Source: Rhodanobacteraceae bacterium (lineage in GTDB: Bacteria > Pseudomonadota > Gammaproteobacteria > Xanthomonadales > SZUA-5). Taken from it: a stretch of 64,000 nucleotides of DNA. Below, one piece after another: positions 47,923 through 57,734 of the stretch (its first letter is position 1; the number at the start of each line of letters is the position of its first letter). Below the pieces are notes generated by a model. The model ran no database searches. It saw only the letters and a list, made by a program, of their open reading frames with translations, and had not been told where the DNA came from. Position numbers and translations under genes: made by a program. The stretch is taken from assembly GCA_043754435.1 (NCBI GenBank), contig JAYUUS010000146.1, positions 14,400 through 78,399 on the forward strand, in the 5' to 3' direction.

Positions 47923-48327
47923 ATGAATAGCACGACTGAAATTTTAGCTGCGCGTATTTTGATCGTTGACGATCAGGAATCAAATATTTTATTGCTTGAA
48001 ACCCTGCTGAGCAACTTTGGCTATACGCATGTACACAGCACAATGAACCCCGTCGAGGTGTCTAGCCTGCACCGCGATCATCCTTTCGATTTAATTTTGC
48101 TAGATTTGCAGATGCCGCTAATGGACGGTTTTCAAGTGCTAGCGGAACTAAAAGCTAACGTGAAAGTACCGCAGGTTCCGGTCATGGTGCTGACTGCCCA
48201 ACCTGCGCATAAACTCCAAGCATTCCTCTCTGGCGCGCAAGACTTCATTAGCAAACCCTTTGATTTAATGGATCTTAAAAACCGCATCCGCACGGTGTTA
48301 GAAATGTCGAAAGCACGATTTCTCTGA
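47923..48327 (+). CDS. Single-domain response regulator (receiver only)
   Basis: Carries RILIVDDQESN ... LILLDLQMPLMDG ... SKPF. I place the start at the ATG at 47923 (MNSTTEIL). Confidence 0.85.
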   Translation: MNSTTEILAARILIVDDQESNILLLETLLSNFGYTHVHSTMNPVEVSSLHRDHPFDLILLDLQMPLMDGFQVLAELKANVKVPQVPVMVLTAQPAHKLQAFLSGAQDFISKPFDLMDLKNRIRTVLEMSKARFL

Positions 48328-48328
48328 G

Positions 48329-49438
48329 TTAGCGCGAAATGACACAACCCAGCACCCGCAAGCCGCGCGCACCCGTCACTTCTGGGCGGTTTCCCGCTCG
48401 GTTTTCCAACGTTTCACGGGCCAGCCAAGCAAATGCAGCGGCTTCAACAAAGTCCGGATCAATGCCGTAAGCCGCAGTCGAGCGCACTGGCACGCCGCAG
48501 TGATGCGCCAAACGTGCCAGTAACGGCCGGCAATGCACGCCGCCACCGCAGACCAGTATTTCGCGCGCGGCAAACGGCTTTAGAGCGTTGCGGACTGTGA
48601 TAGCGGTTAATTCCATCAGCGTTGCTTGCAAATCTGCCGGGCTAATATCGCTATAGCTGTTGCCTGCTCGGGCGCGCACCCAGGCTAGATTAAAATATTC
48701 GCGCCCAGTACTTTTCGGGGGTGGTGCGGCAAAATAAGGATCTGTAAGCAAACATTCCAGCAAAGCGGAATTCATGCAGCCGCGTGCAGCGATTTGACCG
48801 CCCGCATCGTGCGTCAAACCAAAAGCGGCCAGCGCCTGCGCATCCATCAAACAATTCGCCGGCCCGGTGTCAAAACCCAGCACTTTCTCCGCTAAAACAT
48901 CTGCAAGAATCGTCACGTTGGCGATCCCGCCTAGGTTCAAAACCACGCTGCCCTTAGGAAATAACGCCGCGTGAAACGCAGGAACTAACGGCGCACCTTG
49001 CCCACCGGCGGCGATATCTCGACGGCGAAAATCTGCCACCACTTTGATACCCGTGCGCTCGGCGATAACGTGTGGGCAGCCCAGTTGCAGCGTGAATGGG
49101 TTCGCTAAATGCGGTCGGTGTCGTACCGTCTGACCGTGGCTGCCGATCGCGCTGACTTGGCGGGCATCAACACCCGCTTCCTCTAACAAACGTAACGCCG
49201 CGTCGCTAAAAGCCACTCCTAGCGCCACGTCAAGCTGACCGAGTTCGTCAAGATTGACGAATTCTTGACCCTGCCCGAGCGCCAACGCCAAATCACGCCA
49301 TTGCGCTGGAAAAGGAAATGTTTTTGCTTGATGGACGCGCAGCGGCGCAAAGCTCATCAGCGCTGCATCAATGCCGTCGCAGCTGGTGCCAGAAATCAGG
49401 CCTAGATAAAGTTCATTGACCTGATTGAGCAGAGCCAT
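48329..49438 (-). CDS. anmK: Anhydro-N-acetylmuramic acid kinase
   Basis: 369 aa with the N-terminus YLGLISGTSCDGIDAAL. Confidence 0.9.
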   Translation of the reverse strand: MALLNQVNELYLGLISGTSCDGIDAALMSFAPLRVHQAKTFPFPAQWRDLALALGQGQEFVNLDELGQLDVALGVAFSDAALRLLEEAGVDARQVSAIGSHGQTVRHRPHLANPFTLQLGCPHVIAERTGIKVVADFRRRDIAAGGQGAPLVPAFHAALFPKGSVVLNLGGIANVTILADVLAEKVLGFDTGPANCLMDAQALAAFGLTHDAGGQIAARGCMNSALLECLLTDPYFAAPPPKSTGREYFNLAWVRARAGNSYSDISPADLQATLMELTAITVRNALKPFAAREILVCGGGVHCRPLLARLAHHCGVPVRSTAAYGIDPDFVEAAAFAWLARETLENRAGNRPEVTGARGLRVLGCVISR

Positions 49439-49447
49439 CGGCTTAGG

Positions 49448-50974
49448 CTAGCGCCCGACCGAAACACCCCGATTCAAGGCCAGCGCCTGCTGCATTTGAC
49501 TCAATTGCGCCAAAAGCGGTGCGGTGCTTGCCTTAAATCGCGCCATTTCCGCGCCGCTTAACGGGTCAGCGACGGGCAAATCCACGCTGAGCGGATCTTT
49601 GTGTACACCGCCAATCCGAAATTCATAGTGTAAATGCGGGCCCGTGGCCATGCCGGTCATCCCAACATAGCCAATGACTTCGTTTTGCGCAACCCGATCA
49701 CCTTGATGCAAGCCCTTGGCGAAGCGGGATTGATGCCCGTACACCGTTTCGATACCGCCTGGATGCTTTAGATAGATCACATTACCGTAACCGTTTTGTA
49801 CGCCAATAAACTCAACCACCGCGTTGCCCGTGGCCAAAATCGGCGTGCCCGTGGGGGCGGCGTAGTCCACGCCCATGTGGCGCATCATGCGTCCCATAAT
49901 CGGGTGTAGCCGATTCGGCGAAAACTTAGAGGTAATGCGCGTGAACTCAACCGGAGTTCGGATAAAGGCTTTTTTACGGCTGCGGCCATCGGCGCTTAAA
50001 TAGTCCGGGCGACCTGCATCACCAACAAAACGATAGACCTCATAGCGCTTGCCCTGCGTCATGAAGGTCGCCGCGATAATTTCGCCATCGCGCAACTTTT
50101 CACCATCCCGATAAATTTGCTCATAGACCAGGGCAAAGCTATCGCCCGGCTGTAAATCTTGTGCAAAATCAATGTCGTAATTGAAAATACCCGCTAAACG
50201 CACGATCAGGGCGTCACTCATATCAGCATTCATAGCCGCACCAAACAATGAAGTTTTGATACTGGCACTGGCATAACTGACATGCGTTTCCATTTTACGT
50301 TCGATCAAACGCTGAGAAACCTTATCCCCGTCGACGGTCAACAAGACGCGATGCGCCTCATCCCCATCAAATTGCAGGCCGGTGAGCTTGCCAGATTCCA
50401 TCCGAAACGCGATTTGCTCGCCTGGGAATACGCGCGCTAATTCTTGTGTTTGTGCGCTGAAATTAACGATCCGGTATACATCGCCCTGACCTAAATTTAA
50501 GCGGCCAAACATATCGCCGACAGTTTCATTGCGGCGCACGGTTTCAACCCGCCACTGGTCGTCATTGACGCCAGCGACGTATAAATCTGAGGCTAAATTG
50601 GGTACTGAAGTGGCGGCCTCGCGTGAGAGCGTTTCCGAAATGGGCGGTAAGGCCAAGGTAAGGCGAAGGGTGCGCACCGAAGAATTCGGCAAAATATTGG
50701 CAGACAGCGGCAAAACCACCGCCGCTGCGGCAATGGCAACGCTGGCAAGCACGGCTGAGTGCGGAATTTTCGCCGCCTGCAAGGCGAACGCTTTTACTCC
50801 CGCTGCGGTGCGCGCCACGCCGTGGCTAATTGCACGGGTCAAGCGCTTAAGCAGTGGCGTGTGGGTTGGACGCTCCTGCCAGTGGCGTTCTTGGTTAAAA
50901 TCTGTGTGCGCCCGGCGCACGGCTTGGCGCCGGTTTGACTTTGAATGTTGCTCTGAATTAGATTGATAAATCAT
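49448..50974 (-). CDS. M23-family murein endopeptidase (MepM/YebA-like)
   Basis: Carries HMGVDYAAPTGTPI and GMTGMATGPHLHYEF. It has an N-terminal membrane anchor. Confidence 0.85.
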   Translation of the reverse strand: MIYQSNSEQHSKSNRRQAVRRAHTDFNQERHWQERPTHTPLLKRLTRAISHGVARTAAGVKAFALQAAKIPHSAVLASVAIAAAAVVLPLSANILPNSSVRTLRLTLALPPISETLSREAATSVPNLASDLYVAGVNDDQWRVETVRRNETVGDMFGRLNLGQGDVYRIVNFSAQTQELARVFPGEQIAFRMESGKLTGLQFDGDEAHRVLLTVDGDKVSQRLIERKMETHVSYASASIKTSLFGAAMNADMSDALIVRLAGIFNYDIDFAQDLQPGDSFALVYEQIYRDGEKLRDGEIIAATFMTQGKRYEVYRFVGDAGRPDYLSADGRSRKKAFIRTPVEFTRITSKFSPNRLHPIMGRMMRHMGVDYAAPTGTPILATGNAVVEFIGVQNGYGNVIYLKHPGGIETVYGHQSRFAKGLHQGDRVAQNEVIGYVGMTGMATGPHLHYEFRIGGVHKDPLSVDLPVADPLSGAEMARFKASTAPLLAQLSQMQQALALNRGVSVGR

Positions 50975-51098
50975 GCGGAAACCTCAGGCATCAAAGCGAA
51001 AACGTGGGCTAAGATAGCTGTATGTGTACGATTCGTCAAAAATTAAGAAAAAGTTAAGGCAAAACGCGGGCGACGTTGTGCTCGCACACTGACAATAT

Positions 51099-52538
51099 CT
51101 ATTGAACCAGTCGCAACACCGCTTTAATTCCATGCGGCACGCGCGGCTCCAGCTCCACACTCCAGCCATACAGCGTACACAGCCTGCGCACAATAGACAG
51201 CCCAAGCCCGGCACCACTGCCGCCGCCGGTACTGCCGCGAAAATGCCGGTCAAACACTTGCTCGCGCTCGGATTCCGGGATGCCGGGCCCGGTATCTTCA
51301 ACCGTTACCCGATCGGCATGCACGATAATGCGCACCGAGCCTTCGCGCGTATATTTAAAAGCATTGCCGACTAAATTTCCAAGCACCACCGAAAGCACCG
51401 ATTCGGGTGCTGCAACATCTAGCTTGTGTGAGGCATCTAGCTCCACTTGTACGGGCCTGCCAATCAAGTGATAGCGGTTGTTATCAACGACTGCGCCAAT
51501 CATGGCGCTCAACTCGGTATATTCGCCATCATTGGGCGCTTGCTTTTCACCGCGTGAAAGATGCAGCAAGGCGGTAATCAATTCTGTTGATTGCTTCGCA
51601 GCGCGGTCGATTCGGGCCAATCGCTCGCGTATTTTGTCAGCCAAATTTGGCATGCTCAGCATCAGCTCGGTCGTGCTTTGGATCACCGCCAGCGGCGTAC
51701 GTAGCTCGTGGCTGACGTCGGAATTGAATTCGCGATCACGCTCAACCAGTTCGGTCAGCTTTTGCGCATAATCATCCAGCGCTTGTGCCAGTTGCCCGAC
51801 TTCATCATTGGCAAAATGCGGTGCCAGTGCTTCAACTTTGCCTTTGCGACTCAGGCGGGTCAGGCGGCGCAGCAAATCAGCGACGGGCGACATAACTCGG
51901 CTTGAGGCATAAAACCCAAGCAATAGCGCCAAGCCGGAAAAAGCGATCACAGCAAACACGATTGCATAGGTCACTACGCGCCGCGTGCGCTCCTCGGCCG
52001 TGATGTCATAGCGAACAAAAAACCACAGCGGTTTGCGATACAAGATTGCTAATTTATAGGCAATGCGAGTGCCGCCGGTTTCTTCAATCACCCGATGCAC
52101 GCCCGGCTTTAAGCCTTTCCAGGCTTTTGGCAAAATGTGGTATTTATTATCGCTCACCACCCGCGCACGAATCACCGAGTATTCAAAGCCCGTGCTTGGA
52201 TCCAATTTATATTGATCGGCAAAGCTGACGACTTCGGTTTCGATGCGCCGATCAATCATGCGGTCTTCAAGATTTTCCCGCAAAAATAGCGCAAACACCG
52301 CGAACAGCACACTCAGCAGTGTGCCAATCGCTAAGACTGACCAAATGATGCGGGTGCGTAAACGCTTTCGATGCCGCTTAGACGGAAGCGGTGGGATCAA
52401 CGAGTCGGTAGCCAATGCCGTGCCGTGTTTGTAAATATTGACTATTAAACGGCTTGTCAATTGCTGCGCGCAAGCTGTGAATATGAACACGCAAACTGTC
52501 GCTATCGGGCAATTCTTCACCCCAAACGCGGCGCTCAA
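51099..52538 (-). CDS. Two-component sensor histidine kinase
   Basis: It has two TM segments and a HAMP domain. The H-box is VSHELRTPL and the ATPase blocks are GNAFKY, DTGPGIP and GLGLSIV. The annotated ATG overlaps the upstream regulator gene by 161 nt. A TTG at about 52400 is a more plausible start. Confidence 0.85.
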   Translation of the reverse strand: MSAAFGVKNCPIATVCVFIFTACAQQLTSRLIVNIYKHGTALATDSLIPPLPSKRHRKRLRTRIIWSVLAIGTLLSVLFAVFALFLRENLEDRMIDRRIETEVVSFADQYKLDPSTGFEYSVIRARVVSDNKYHILPKAWKGLKPGVHRVIEETGGTRIAYKLAILYRKPLWFFVRYDITAEERTRRVVTYAIVFAVIAFSGLALLLGFYASSRVMSPVADLLRRLTRLSRKGKVEALAPHFANDEVGQLAQALDDYAQKLTELVERDREFNSDVSHELRTPLAVIQSTTELMLSMPNLADKIRERLARIDRAAKQSTELITALLHLSRGEKQAPNDGEYTELSAMIGAVVDNNRYHLIGRPVQVELDASHKLDVAAPESVLSVVLGNLVGNAFKYTREGSVRIIVHADRVTVEDTGPGIPESEREQVFDRHFRGSTGGGSGAGLGLSIVRRLCTLYGWSVELEPRVPHGIKAVLRLVQ

Positions 52539-53067
52539 GCTCTTGGCGCGTAACGACCGAGGGTGATGCCTCCATCAAACACTGCAGTAATTTCAGCGCG
52601 ATCGGGTTCAGCGTAATTTGCTGCTCCTGACGGGTTACCACGAGCGTGTCTAAATTGAAACTCAGCTCCGACACATCCAGGATTCGGGCCACCGGCGGCT
52701 TAGAGCGACGCACCAGCACCAAAAGCCGCGCCTCAAGCTCTTGCAGCGCAAAGGGCTTGACCATGTAGTCATCCGTGCCGGTGGCAAAACCTGCCAGCTT
52801 TTGCTGCAAGGAATCGCGCGCGGTCAACATCAACACCGGCGTCGGTTTACGCGCTTCGGTGCGCAACTTCTTGCACACATCCAGCCCGTCCATAACCGGC
52901 AGCATTAAGTCCAGCACGATCACATCGAACTCATTGGCCGCAGCCATCGTATAACCGCTGCCGCCGTCACGGGCAAAATCGACCACATGGCCGCGATCTT
53001 CTAAATAATCGCCAATGTTGGCGGCGATATCGGGGTTGTCTTCAATCACGAGGACGCGCATAGACAT
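52378..53067 (-). CDS. OmpR/PhoB-family response regulator
   Basis: The receiver reads RVLVIEDNPDI ... VIVLDLMLPVMDG, followed by a winged-helix output domain (LTRQELERRVWG ... GIGYRL). Confidence 0.9.
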   Translation of the reverse strand: MSMRVLVIEDNPDIAANIGDYLEDRGHVVDFARDGGSGYTMAAANEFDVIVLDLMLPVMDGLDVCKKLRTEARKPTPVLMLTARDSLQQKLAGFATGTDDYMVKPFALQELEARLLVLVRRSKPPVARILDVSELSFNLDTLVVTRQEQQITLNPIALKLLQCLMEASPSVVTRQELERRVWGEELPDSDSLRVHIHSLRAAIDKPFNSQYLQTRHGIGYRLVDPTASV

Positions 53068-53088
53068 TTGATGTCTCCTTTGCCTGAT

Positions 53089-53120
53089 TTAATGAAATTA
53101 ACACTTTTAACGAATTTAAC
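53089..53120. promoter_or_regulatory. Four TTAA(C/T) pentamers at exact 9-bp spacing upstream of the regulator/kinase operon
   Basis: Read directly at 53089, 53098, 53107 and 53116. Function is speculative (possible autoregulatory site or simply AT-rich leader). Confidence 0.15.
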
Positions 53121-53220
53121 AAGTGGACTTAAGATAGTGTTTAGCGCGATAAATTCCAGTTAAGGTGGTGTGCATGGGCATCACTAAAGGGCTTTCATTC
53201 AGTTTCATTTTGCGACAACT

Positions 53221-53811
53221 TTGCTTATGCGCCCGACTCTTTCGCTTAAACCGCTAGAAACTATCCCTGTTGAAGGCATTGCAAGATTTTGCTTGCGATC
53301 CTTTACTGCTACTGATGCCGCGCGCTTGGCGAAACTAGCGGGCGTAACTTCAGTGGTGCGCTACACGCTGGGCATCCCCTTGCCCTACAGCGTAGAGGCT
53401 GCTGCAGAATGGATTGCCGGGCTAGATGCACGTTTTGAGAACGGCATCGAGCGCATTTATGCGCTCAGTTTGCGCGGGCATCTGGTCGGCTCAATCGGTT
53501 TAATTTTCGAGCCAGAACATCAGCGCGCCGAGATTGGCTATTGGCTGGGCGAGCCGTATCGCGGCCGTGGCTTGATGCGCGCGGCCGTGCAGGCTTTGTC
53601 TGATCACATTTTTGCTACATGCAAAGTCAATCGTCTATACGGCCTTTGCTTTCCAGAAAATAGCGCAAGCCACGCGGTATTGTGTGGCGCTGGCTTTCGC
53701 CGTGAAGGCAAATTACGTGCACACATTGTCAAAGATGAGCGGGCGCAAGATGTTGTTGTGTTTGGCCGCACGCTGCCTAAGCCGAAGCGTAAACGCCCGC
53801 TAGTTGAGTGA
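53221..53811 (+). CDS. GNAT-family N-acetyltransferase (RimJ/RimL-like)
   Basis: IGYWLGEPYRGRGLMRAAVQAL is the typical acetyl-CoA binding region. Confidence 0.8.
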   Translation: MLMRPTLSLKPLETIPVEGIARFCLRSFTATDAARLAKLAGVTSVVRYTLGIPLPYSVEAAAEWIAGLDARFENGIERIYALSLRGHLVGSIGLIFEPEHQRAEIGYWLGEPYRGRGLMRAAVQALSDHIFATCKVNRLYGLCFPENSASHAVLCGAGFRREGKLRAHIVKDERAQDVVVFGRTLPKPKRKRPLVE

Positions 53812-54552
53812 ACTGGCGTCAGACGCATCCGTTTTGCCAGTGCGCACCAAGGCAGCTGCGATAATGCCAATTTCATACAGTAAGCACATGGGAATGGCCA
53901 TCATCAACATCGAAACCGCATCCGGCGGCGTCATTATGGCGGCAATGACAAACGCCCCAACAATCACATAGCTGCGCGCTTCGCGAAGCTGTGCGATGCT
54001 AACCCAGCCAAGCGCCACTAAAATCACCACCGCGACGGGCACCTCGAAGGCAACCCCAAAAGCAATAAAAGTGACGATTACAAAATCAAGATATTTGCCG
54101 ATATCGGTCATCACCGCGACCCCTTCGGGGGCAACGGCGTTGGTAAACTTAAATACTGCGGGCAGCACTAAAAAGTACGCAAACGCGCAGCCGATATAAA
54201 ACAGCGCGGTTGCCGACACCAACAGCGGCACGGCTAAGCGCTTTTCTTTGTGATACAGCCCCGGTGCCACGAACGCCCAAAGCTGGTAAAGCACCCAAGG
54301 TGCAGCCAAAACTAACGCCGACATCAACGCCAACTTGAGGGGCGTCAAAAACGGCGAGATTGGGTCGGTAGCAATCATCTGCCCGCCTGCCGGCAACATT
54401 TTTAAAACCGGTAGCGCCAGCCAGCCATACAGCTTATTGGCAATCGGCATCAACAAAACCAAGCAAACCAGCACACCCGCAATCGCGCGCAATAGCCGTG
54501 TACGCAATTCCAGTAAATGCGCAATGAGCGGCTGCTCAGTGTCGGTGCTCAT
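53800..54552 (-). CDS. tatC: Twin-arginine translocase subunit TatC
   Basis: 250 aa with six TM helices and the N-terminus PLIAHLLELRTRLL. Confidence 0.95.
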   Translation of the reverse strand: MSTDTEQPLIAHLLELRTRLLRAIAGVLVCLVLLMPIANKLYGWLALPVLKMLPAGGQMIATDPISPFLTPLKLALMSALVLAAPWVLYQLWAFVAPGLYHKEKRLAVPLLVSATALFYIGCAFAYFLVLPAVFKFTNAVAPEGVAVMTDIGKYLDFVIVTFIAFGVAFEVPVAVVILVALGWVSIAQLREARSYVIVGAFVIAAIMTPPDAVSMLMMAIPMCLLYEIGIIAAALVRTGKTDASDASSLN

Positions 54553-54995
54553 GGTGCTGAGCTGGGTGCAGGCGTAGGCGTTGCAATACCTTCCTGTGGC
54601 ACTTCCACCTTTGCGTCTGCGTGGGCATTTGGACGGGCGTCTGAGCTTAGCGGCACCGGCAAATCACCGGGTTTAGATACATCCGGCAAAGGCGCTTTTG
54701 CCGACTGCATAATGGCATCTACATTGTGCTCAAGGGCTGCTTTCGCTTCGGCAAAAGGCTGTTGCAGTGTATTTGACAAGGCCGCTGGCGCAGCGGCAAT
54801 TTGCGCAAACTGCTTTTTGAGCTCGTCTGCTTCTAATTCGCGTTCGACTTCAAGTTTAAGGCTCTCAAAACTTTGCCTAGCTTTACGCAAAAAAGTCCCC
54901 GCCATACGCGCCGCTTTGGGCAAACGCTCGGGGCCAAGCACAATCAGCGCAATGACCGCGATGACCGCAATTTCACTAAAGCCAACCTCAAACAT
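54549..54995 (-). CDS. tatB: Twin-arginine translocase subunit TatB
   Basis: N-terminus is MFEVGFSEIAVIAVIALIVLGPERLP. It is followed by an amphipathic helix and an acidic/Pro-rich tail. Confidence 0.85.
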   Translation of the reverse strand: MFEVGFSEIAVIAVIALIVLGPERLPKAARMAGTFLRKARQSFESLKLEVERELEADELKKQFAQIAAAPAALSNTLQQPFAEAKAALEHNVDAIMQSAKAPLPDVSKPGDLPVPLSSDARPNAHADAKVEVPQEGIATPTPAPSSAP

Positions 54996-55017
54996 ACCCG
55001 ACCTTAAACATACTAAG

Positions 55018-55239
55018 TTACGCTTTGTGCTCGTCTTTCACGATATTGCTGCCTGCCTGCAAAGGCGGGTCGGCTTCCAGCTTTGCCTGCGGCGGATCGC
55101 TCGCCATGCCGTCTTTAAAGCCTTTGACGGCTGCGCCCAAGTCCTTGCCCGCATTGCTGAGCTTTTTGGTGCCGAAAATGAGCACGACAATCCCCAGCAC
55201 GATTAACCAATGCACGATACCAAAACTACCCATAGCCAT
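55018..55239 (-). CDS. tatA: Twin-arginine translocase subunit TatA
   Basis: 73 aa, with the segment [17 protein letters not shown]. Confidence 0.9.
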   Translation of the reverse strand: MAMGSFGIVHWLIVLGIVVLIFGTKKLSNAGKDLGAAVKGFKDGMASDPPQAKLEADPPLQAGSNIVKDEHKA

Positions 55240-55403
55240 TGCTCCGTTTTAGGAAAATCGGTTTAAAAAAGTCAAACTTGACTGTTGAGCGCAAGACTCA
55301 GTCGCCACAAAATAAACCATAACGCAAGTAATGTGCGTGCGTTGACAATGAACGACCTACCCCAGCTAAAGCAAGCGCAGACAAAGTTGCTTGTCAAACA
55401 TAA

Positions 55404-55694
55404 TTAGTCGACGTCTTTACCCAAATCGTCATCGACCACTTGCGTCGCAGCCCACTCCATCGCTTCGCGCTCGGCGCGTTCGCGCTCGAATTTCTCGACA
55501 GTCGCTAACAATTCATCGGTGACTTTATTAGCGGCAATTTCGCGCAACGCCAATACGGTTGGCTTATCGTCCGCAGGCGGCAACATAGGATCAGCGCCTT
55601 TGGCGAGCTGACGCGAGCGCTTGCTGGCCATTAAGACCAGATCAAAGCGATTAGGAATAACGAATAAGCAGTCTTCGACGGTAATGCGTGCCAT
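55404..55694 (-). CDS. rpoZ: DNA-directed RNA polymerase subunit omega
   Basis: [31 protein letters not shown] place the start at the ATG at 55694. Confidence 0.9.
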   Translation of the reverse strand: MARITVEDCLFVIPNRFDLVLMASKRSRQLAKGADPMLPPADDKPTVLALREIAANKVTDELLATVEKFERERAEREAMEWAATQVVDDDLGKDVD

Positions 55695-55800
55695 GCAACG
55701 GCCCCGATTAGCAGATAAGGGCGCGGAGTGTAGCGTTTTCGTACCCCACCATTCCAGTTTTTCGCTGAACGCACAGCACTTGACACTGCTCAAGCGATTT

Positions 55801-57567
55801 TCAGTCCTCAGATTGCGAAGCCTGAAGAGAAACATCGTCAGCACTGGCATCACAGTCTGGCTTTAATGCGTTTACCCTGACCAACCACCACACTCGGCGA
55901 TTAGCTTGGCCTAAATTGACGCTTTGATTTCGCGCGACACAGAGGCCTAGCGCGTCATCCAAGATAAACAGCGCACGCTCGTTTGGCTTTTGCCGCAACC
56001 AATTAAATGCAGCGAGGCGTTGTGTTCCCGGTAACGCCAAAAAGCCAAAATCAGTTTTAGGCCCCGCTAGCTGCAGATAGTTCTGCTCCTTCCAAGCCAC
56101 CAAACCAATCGTAACCTCCGGTCCGACCGCCGCACGTGCGCGCTGCATCACCGCACGCGCGCTGGCCGTTGCGTCAAAAATAGGATAGCCAAAAAACCCA
56201 AAAATCAGTGTCCAAACCAGCGTTAATGTAGTGCAGTAAGCGGCAAAGCCGCCGCGGCTGCGTCGCCAATAAAACGCTAAGGCGCACGCCAGAAGACCCA
56301 GCGCACCCACGCTGGCAAAGAGTATCCAGATCGCATCATGGCTGCCCATCAGCTCATAGTTAGCTTCAAAATTGCGCTCGAACTTAGGCTCAGCCAACAG
56401 CGCCACCAAGCCACCGCACAAAAGTGCGCTAGCAAGCAAAGCCGTAAAGCTGTAGCAAAGCGTGTGAAAGCCGGTTTTACGCATCGCTAAAACCAGCGCC
56501 GGGCCGCCGATAACCGCTAGCATCGGTAGTGCGGGCAATATATACATATCGCGCTTGCCTTTAGACAGGCTAAAAAATATGAATACGCACAGCACCCAAC
56601 CTAATAAAACGAGATAGCGTGCATCCGGCTTCCTACAGCCAGCGACACTGTTGACACCACGCAAACGCCGCCACCAGCCCCGCAGCGCCCAGGGCAACAC
56701 GAAAATCACTGGCATCCAGGTGCTCAGTGCCACTTGCGGGAAATACAGCGGCCCCTGTTGATGGTGCCAAGCTGCGGCAAAGCGCTGCGCAGTTTGTTTG
56801 AATAAAATATTTTGCAAATACGCCAGCCGCTCTGGGCTGGGCGCACTATGAACCTGCCAAAGCAGCGGCCCTAACCACAGCGCAATCGGTAGCAAAAAGC
56901 CACCGACTACCAACAATGTTGCTTGGCCTGCTTTTCGCGGCGGTGCCAAACCCCTAGCTTGGAGGCGCTTTGCAAATAAATACGGTAAAAAAATCAACAG
57001 CGCAATCACCCCCACACCCTTGGTAATCACGCCCACGCCTGCGAAAAAGGCACCGATAAAAAGCCAGCGCTGCCTATCACACAACAACAAGTGGCGCACC
57101 AGCGCATAAACGCTCAAGGTCACAAAAAAAACCAGCAGTGGGTCGATCTGCGCTTTTTTAAATTGATAGCTAAAGTGCACGCTTAAGAGCAATGCTAGGG
57201 TGCTTATGCGTGCCGAGCGCGCGCCAAATAGCCGCAGGGTCAGATCAAATACCAGCAGCAGCGTGCCCAAACCCGCCAATAACGAGGGCAATAAGAATGC
57301 GGCGTCCCAATTGCCGGTCAACTGATACAGACCTGCCTGTAGCCACATTAATACCGGCGGCTTATCGGGGTAAATCTCAATACCGCGATGCGGAAACCAA
57401 TAGTCCCCGCTCGCAACCATTTGTTGCGCAACTAAGGCAAACCTGGGTTCGTCTGCGGGCCACGGGCCACGCTGCAAAAAACCGCTAAATAAAATAATTA
57501 CTGCAAGCAGCCAGAGCCAGCTATTTGGCGACACGACTTTTTTAATCGTAGCCCAGGTGCCAGTCAT
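55801..57567 (-). CDS. ArnT/PMT-like (GT39/GT83) polyprenyl-phosphate-sugar-dependent glycosyltransferase
   Basis: Polytopic protein of about 588 aa. The N-terminal loop [24 protein letters not shown]...[11 protein letters not shown] is typical of the family. I place the start at the ATG at 57567, because the longer ORF reads into the repeat element. Confidence 0.8.
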   Translation of the reverse strand: MTGTWATIKKVVSPNSWLWLLAVIILFSGFLQRGPWPADEPRFALVAQQMVASGDYWFPHRGIEIYPDKPPVLMWLQAGLYQLTGNWDAAFLLPSLLAGLGTLLLVFDLTLRLFGARSARISTLALLLSVHFSYQFKKAQIDPLLVFFVTLSVYALVRHLLLCDRQRWLFIGAFFAGVGVITKGVGVIALLIFLPYLFAKRLQARGLAPPRKAGQATLLVVGGFLLPIALWLGPLLWQVHSAPSPERLAYLQNILFKQTAQRFAAAWHHQQGPLYFPQVALSTWMPVIFVLPWALRGWWRRLRGVNSVAGCRKPDARYLVLLGWVLCVFIFFSLSKGKRDMYILPALPMLAVIGGPALVLAMRKTGFHTLCYSFTALLASALLCGGLVALLAEPKFERNFEANYELMGSHDAIWILFASVGALGLLACALAFYWRRSRGGFAAYCTTLTLVWTLIFGFFGYPIFDATASARAVMQRARAAVGPEVTIGLVAWKEQNYLQLAGPKTDFGFLALPGTQRLAAFNWLRQKPNERALFILDDALGLCVARNQSVNLGQANRRVWWLVRVNALKPDCDASADDVSLQASQSED

Positions 57568-57587
57568 TTTTCGAACCCCTGAGAGAA

Positions 57588-57701
57588 CCGTTCGCCCTGA
57601 GCCTGTCGAAGGGCAGAGCCGCACAAATACTGACGCAGCCACAGCATTTTGCGCATCACGAAGATTATGGCTACATGCTTCGACAGGCTCAGCACGAACG
57701 G
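57588..57701. repeat. Palindromic element: 24-nt inverted repeats (CCGTTCGCCCTGAGCCTGTCGAAG ... CTTCGACAGGCTCAGCACGAACGG, 22/24 complementary) around a 66-nt spacer
   Basis: Read directly. It lies in the 167-nt gap between sspB and the GT39 gene. It belongs to the 'LSLSKG / LRQAQHER'-translating repeat type seen in many proteobacterial intergenic regions. A third half-site is at 34032-34054. Confidence 0.8.
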
Positions 57702-57734
57702 ATTTCTTTCAGCGCCACGCCAAAATTAGAAGGG

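Noticed and set aside
54517-55206. 229-aa plus-strand ORF overlapping tatB and tatA
   Set aside because: It is antisense to two genes with unmistakable Tat motifs. Its Ala/Ser/Cys/Arg-rich low-complexity translation is typical of shadow ORFs. The same reasoning applies to 26110-26652, 23507-24046, 44273-44872, 13317-13616, 31681-32112, 37281-37739 and 62252-62686.
57568-57642. 25-codon N-terminal extension of the ArnT-like glycosyltransferase ORF
   Set aside because: The extension is the translated left arm of the palindromic repeat (…[13 protein letters not shown]…). The hydrophobic protein proper starts at the ATG at 57567.
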